DNA of 64,000 nt. Origin: the human T2T-CHM13v2.0 reference genome, Homo sapiens. Both the position numbers and the translations under genes were made by a program. The notes below the pieces were generated by a model. The model was not told the origin of the DNA. It saw only the letters and a list, made by a program, of their open reading frames with translations, and made no database searches. This document shows positions 62,410 to 64,000 of the stretch, one piece after another; the first letter of the stretch is position 1; the number at the start of each line of letters is the position of its first letter. The stretch is from assembly GCF_009914755.1 (NCBI RefSeq), contig NC_060930.1; one strand, 5' to 3'.

Positions 62410-62660
62410 ATAAGAGATGTGCTCTGGAACTGACTGTCTGGTTCCAAGTGTAGCCTCTCCATTTTCCAGCTGTGCCACCTTAGGCGAGTACCTAACCCTC
62501 TCTGTGCTCCATTTCCTTCATTTGAAAAATGTAGGTGATCATTGTTTCTACATAGGGTGGTTGTGCAAATTGAATGAGTTGATTCATATGAGGTACTTAA
62601 CTCACTCAGTGCCTGGCACATAGAAATACCCAATAAATGTAAGCTATTATTCCTATTATC
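62410..62660 (+). mobile_element. MIR, near full length
   Basis: aagagatgtgctctggaac...cagctgtgccaccttaggc...gtgcctggcacatagaaatacccaataaatgtaagctattatt. Confidence 0.85.
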
Positions 62661-62880
62661 ATGTACACATATGCCCTAAATTCTTTTGTGTTGAGCCCCA
62701 CATTCTTCACTTGTAGGAAATCCAGACTTCACAGATTGTTCTTCCTCAGATATTTTCCAGATTCCTGGGTTACCAGGAATAATTGTACACATTGGAAGTA
62801 GATTGATAAATATATAATTAATAAGATTTTGCCTTCTGGAAAAGAATCCCTCCAAATTAAAACAATCATGATTAGCCTAG

Positions 62881-63315
62881 TGTATTAGTTTGCAGGCTGC
62901 CATAAACGAAGTAGCAAAAACTGGGTGGCTTAAACAACAGAAATTTATTGTCTCATAGTCCAGGAAGCCAGAGCCCAAGATTAAGATGTTGGCAGGGTTG
63001 GTTCCCCCGGAGCGCTCTGAGGGAAAATCTGTTCCATGCCTCTCCCTGAGCTTCTAGCCTCAGGCGTTCCTTGGCTTGTAGGGAGCTGTCTTCTCCCCGT
63101 GTCTTCACATCGTCTTCCCTCTATAAGTGTCTGTCTCTATGTCCAAATTTCCCCTTCTTGTAAGGATGCCAGTCATACTGGATTAGAGTCTTCCTGATGA
63201 CTTCGTCTTAACTTGATCATCTATAAAGACACTATGTCCAAATAAGGTCCTATTCACAGGTGCTAGGGGTTAGAACTTTAACATCTTTTGGGGGTAACCA
63301 GTTCAACCTATAACA
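62881..63315 (-). mobile_element. MLT1C-like MaLR solo LTR
   Basis: tgtattagtttgcaggctgccataa...ggtggcttaaacaacagaaatttattgtctca...ttcaacctataaca. Confidence 0.85.
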
Positions 63316-64000
63316 CCCTGCTTTCATACTGGGCCCAGTAAACTGTAAACTGTGCTTATATCTTGGCCCCAAAGTAATGCCCTTTAACTGGTGAATAAAT
63401 TCCTGGTTTCAAGGTATTTATGTGCAGAGGACTCCAGCTGACTAATGTTGAGGGCCATGTGCTGTTATTTTAACATTTACTGTTGTTATATTTCAATATC
63501 TTTTTTATATCTTACAATAAGCCCTCATTTAGTTGGTGATGCTAGTGGGAAAATATGGGTTGGAAATAAAACTAGAAATAAAAAAACTATGATGAAGGCC
63601 AAAACCATGACACACACTATGCTATTACCTTCAGAGGAGAGGAGGCTCCGTGAAATATCAGAGACACTGCCAAAATAATTTTTACAAAGCATTATTACAT
63701 GGTTGTTGATGTACACACTCTGAGAAGTTATTTCCCTTCCTTGCATTTATTTCCATGTAAAACTGACTTTGGGTTATACAAGGACTTTGGGCTGAGTCCC
63801 TCGGTGCAACACTCCAGCTCAGCACTTATGGAATGCTGCATGCCCGCCCACACATCTTCACCCGCGGCTCCATTGGATGAAACATCATTTCCTGAGATAT
63901 CACCCTGAAATGTATAGGGAGGCAACTGTCACTATATCATGTAGATGCAGTTACTGAGATACACAGAGCCTAGAGGCTAGTAAAAGGCAGGGCCCGTTTG

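Noticed and set aside
63699-63925. Short overlapping ORFs in unique sequence at the end of the window
   Set aside because: No recognisable homology or exon signals; cannot be supported without a database search.

Overview
Human (or very close hominoid) genomic DNA, not prokaryotic. The window holds the 3' two-thirds of PPP1R14C (KEPI, a CPI-17/PHI-1-family inhibitor of protein phosphatase 1) on the + strand. It covers the distal part of intron 1, coding exons at 10717-10800, 12797-12829 and 44720-44794, a ~1.5 kb 3' UTR ending near 46340, and ~17.6 kb of downstream intergenic DNA. The three exons splice in phase 0 to EEEMPEVEIDIDDLLDADSDEERASKLQ-EALVDCYKPTE-EFIKELLSRIRGMRKLSPPQKKSV*, which matches the KEPI C-terminus as I recall it. 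None of the supplied ORFs corresponds to the real CDS. The rest is typical primate repeat content: about 23 Alu/FLAM copies, L1M, L2, MIR, MaLR/ERVL/ERV1 solo LTRs, Tigger/MER DNA transposons and tandem repeats. Repeat subfamily names come from recalled consensus sequences and were not run through RepeatMasker. I find no evidence of a new multi-gene system. The most interesting unexplained structures are: a 16-bp minisatellite carrying nine phased TGCCGC (ZFP57-type) motifs; a candidate cryptic poison exon next to a 620-bp UG-rich tract; an inverted copy of flanking DNA inside an LTR; inverted Alus around the 33-nt exon; an internally deleted L1 that kept both ends; and a proximal poly(A) site that would remove a miRNA seed cluster.
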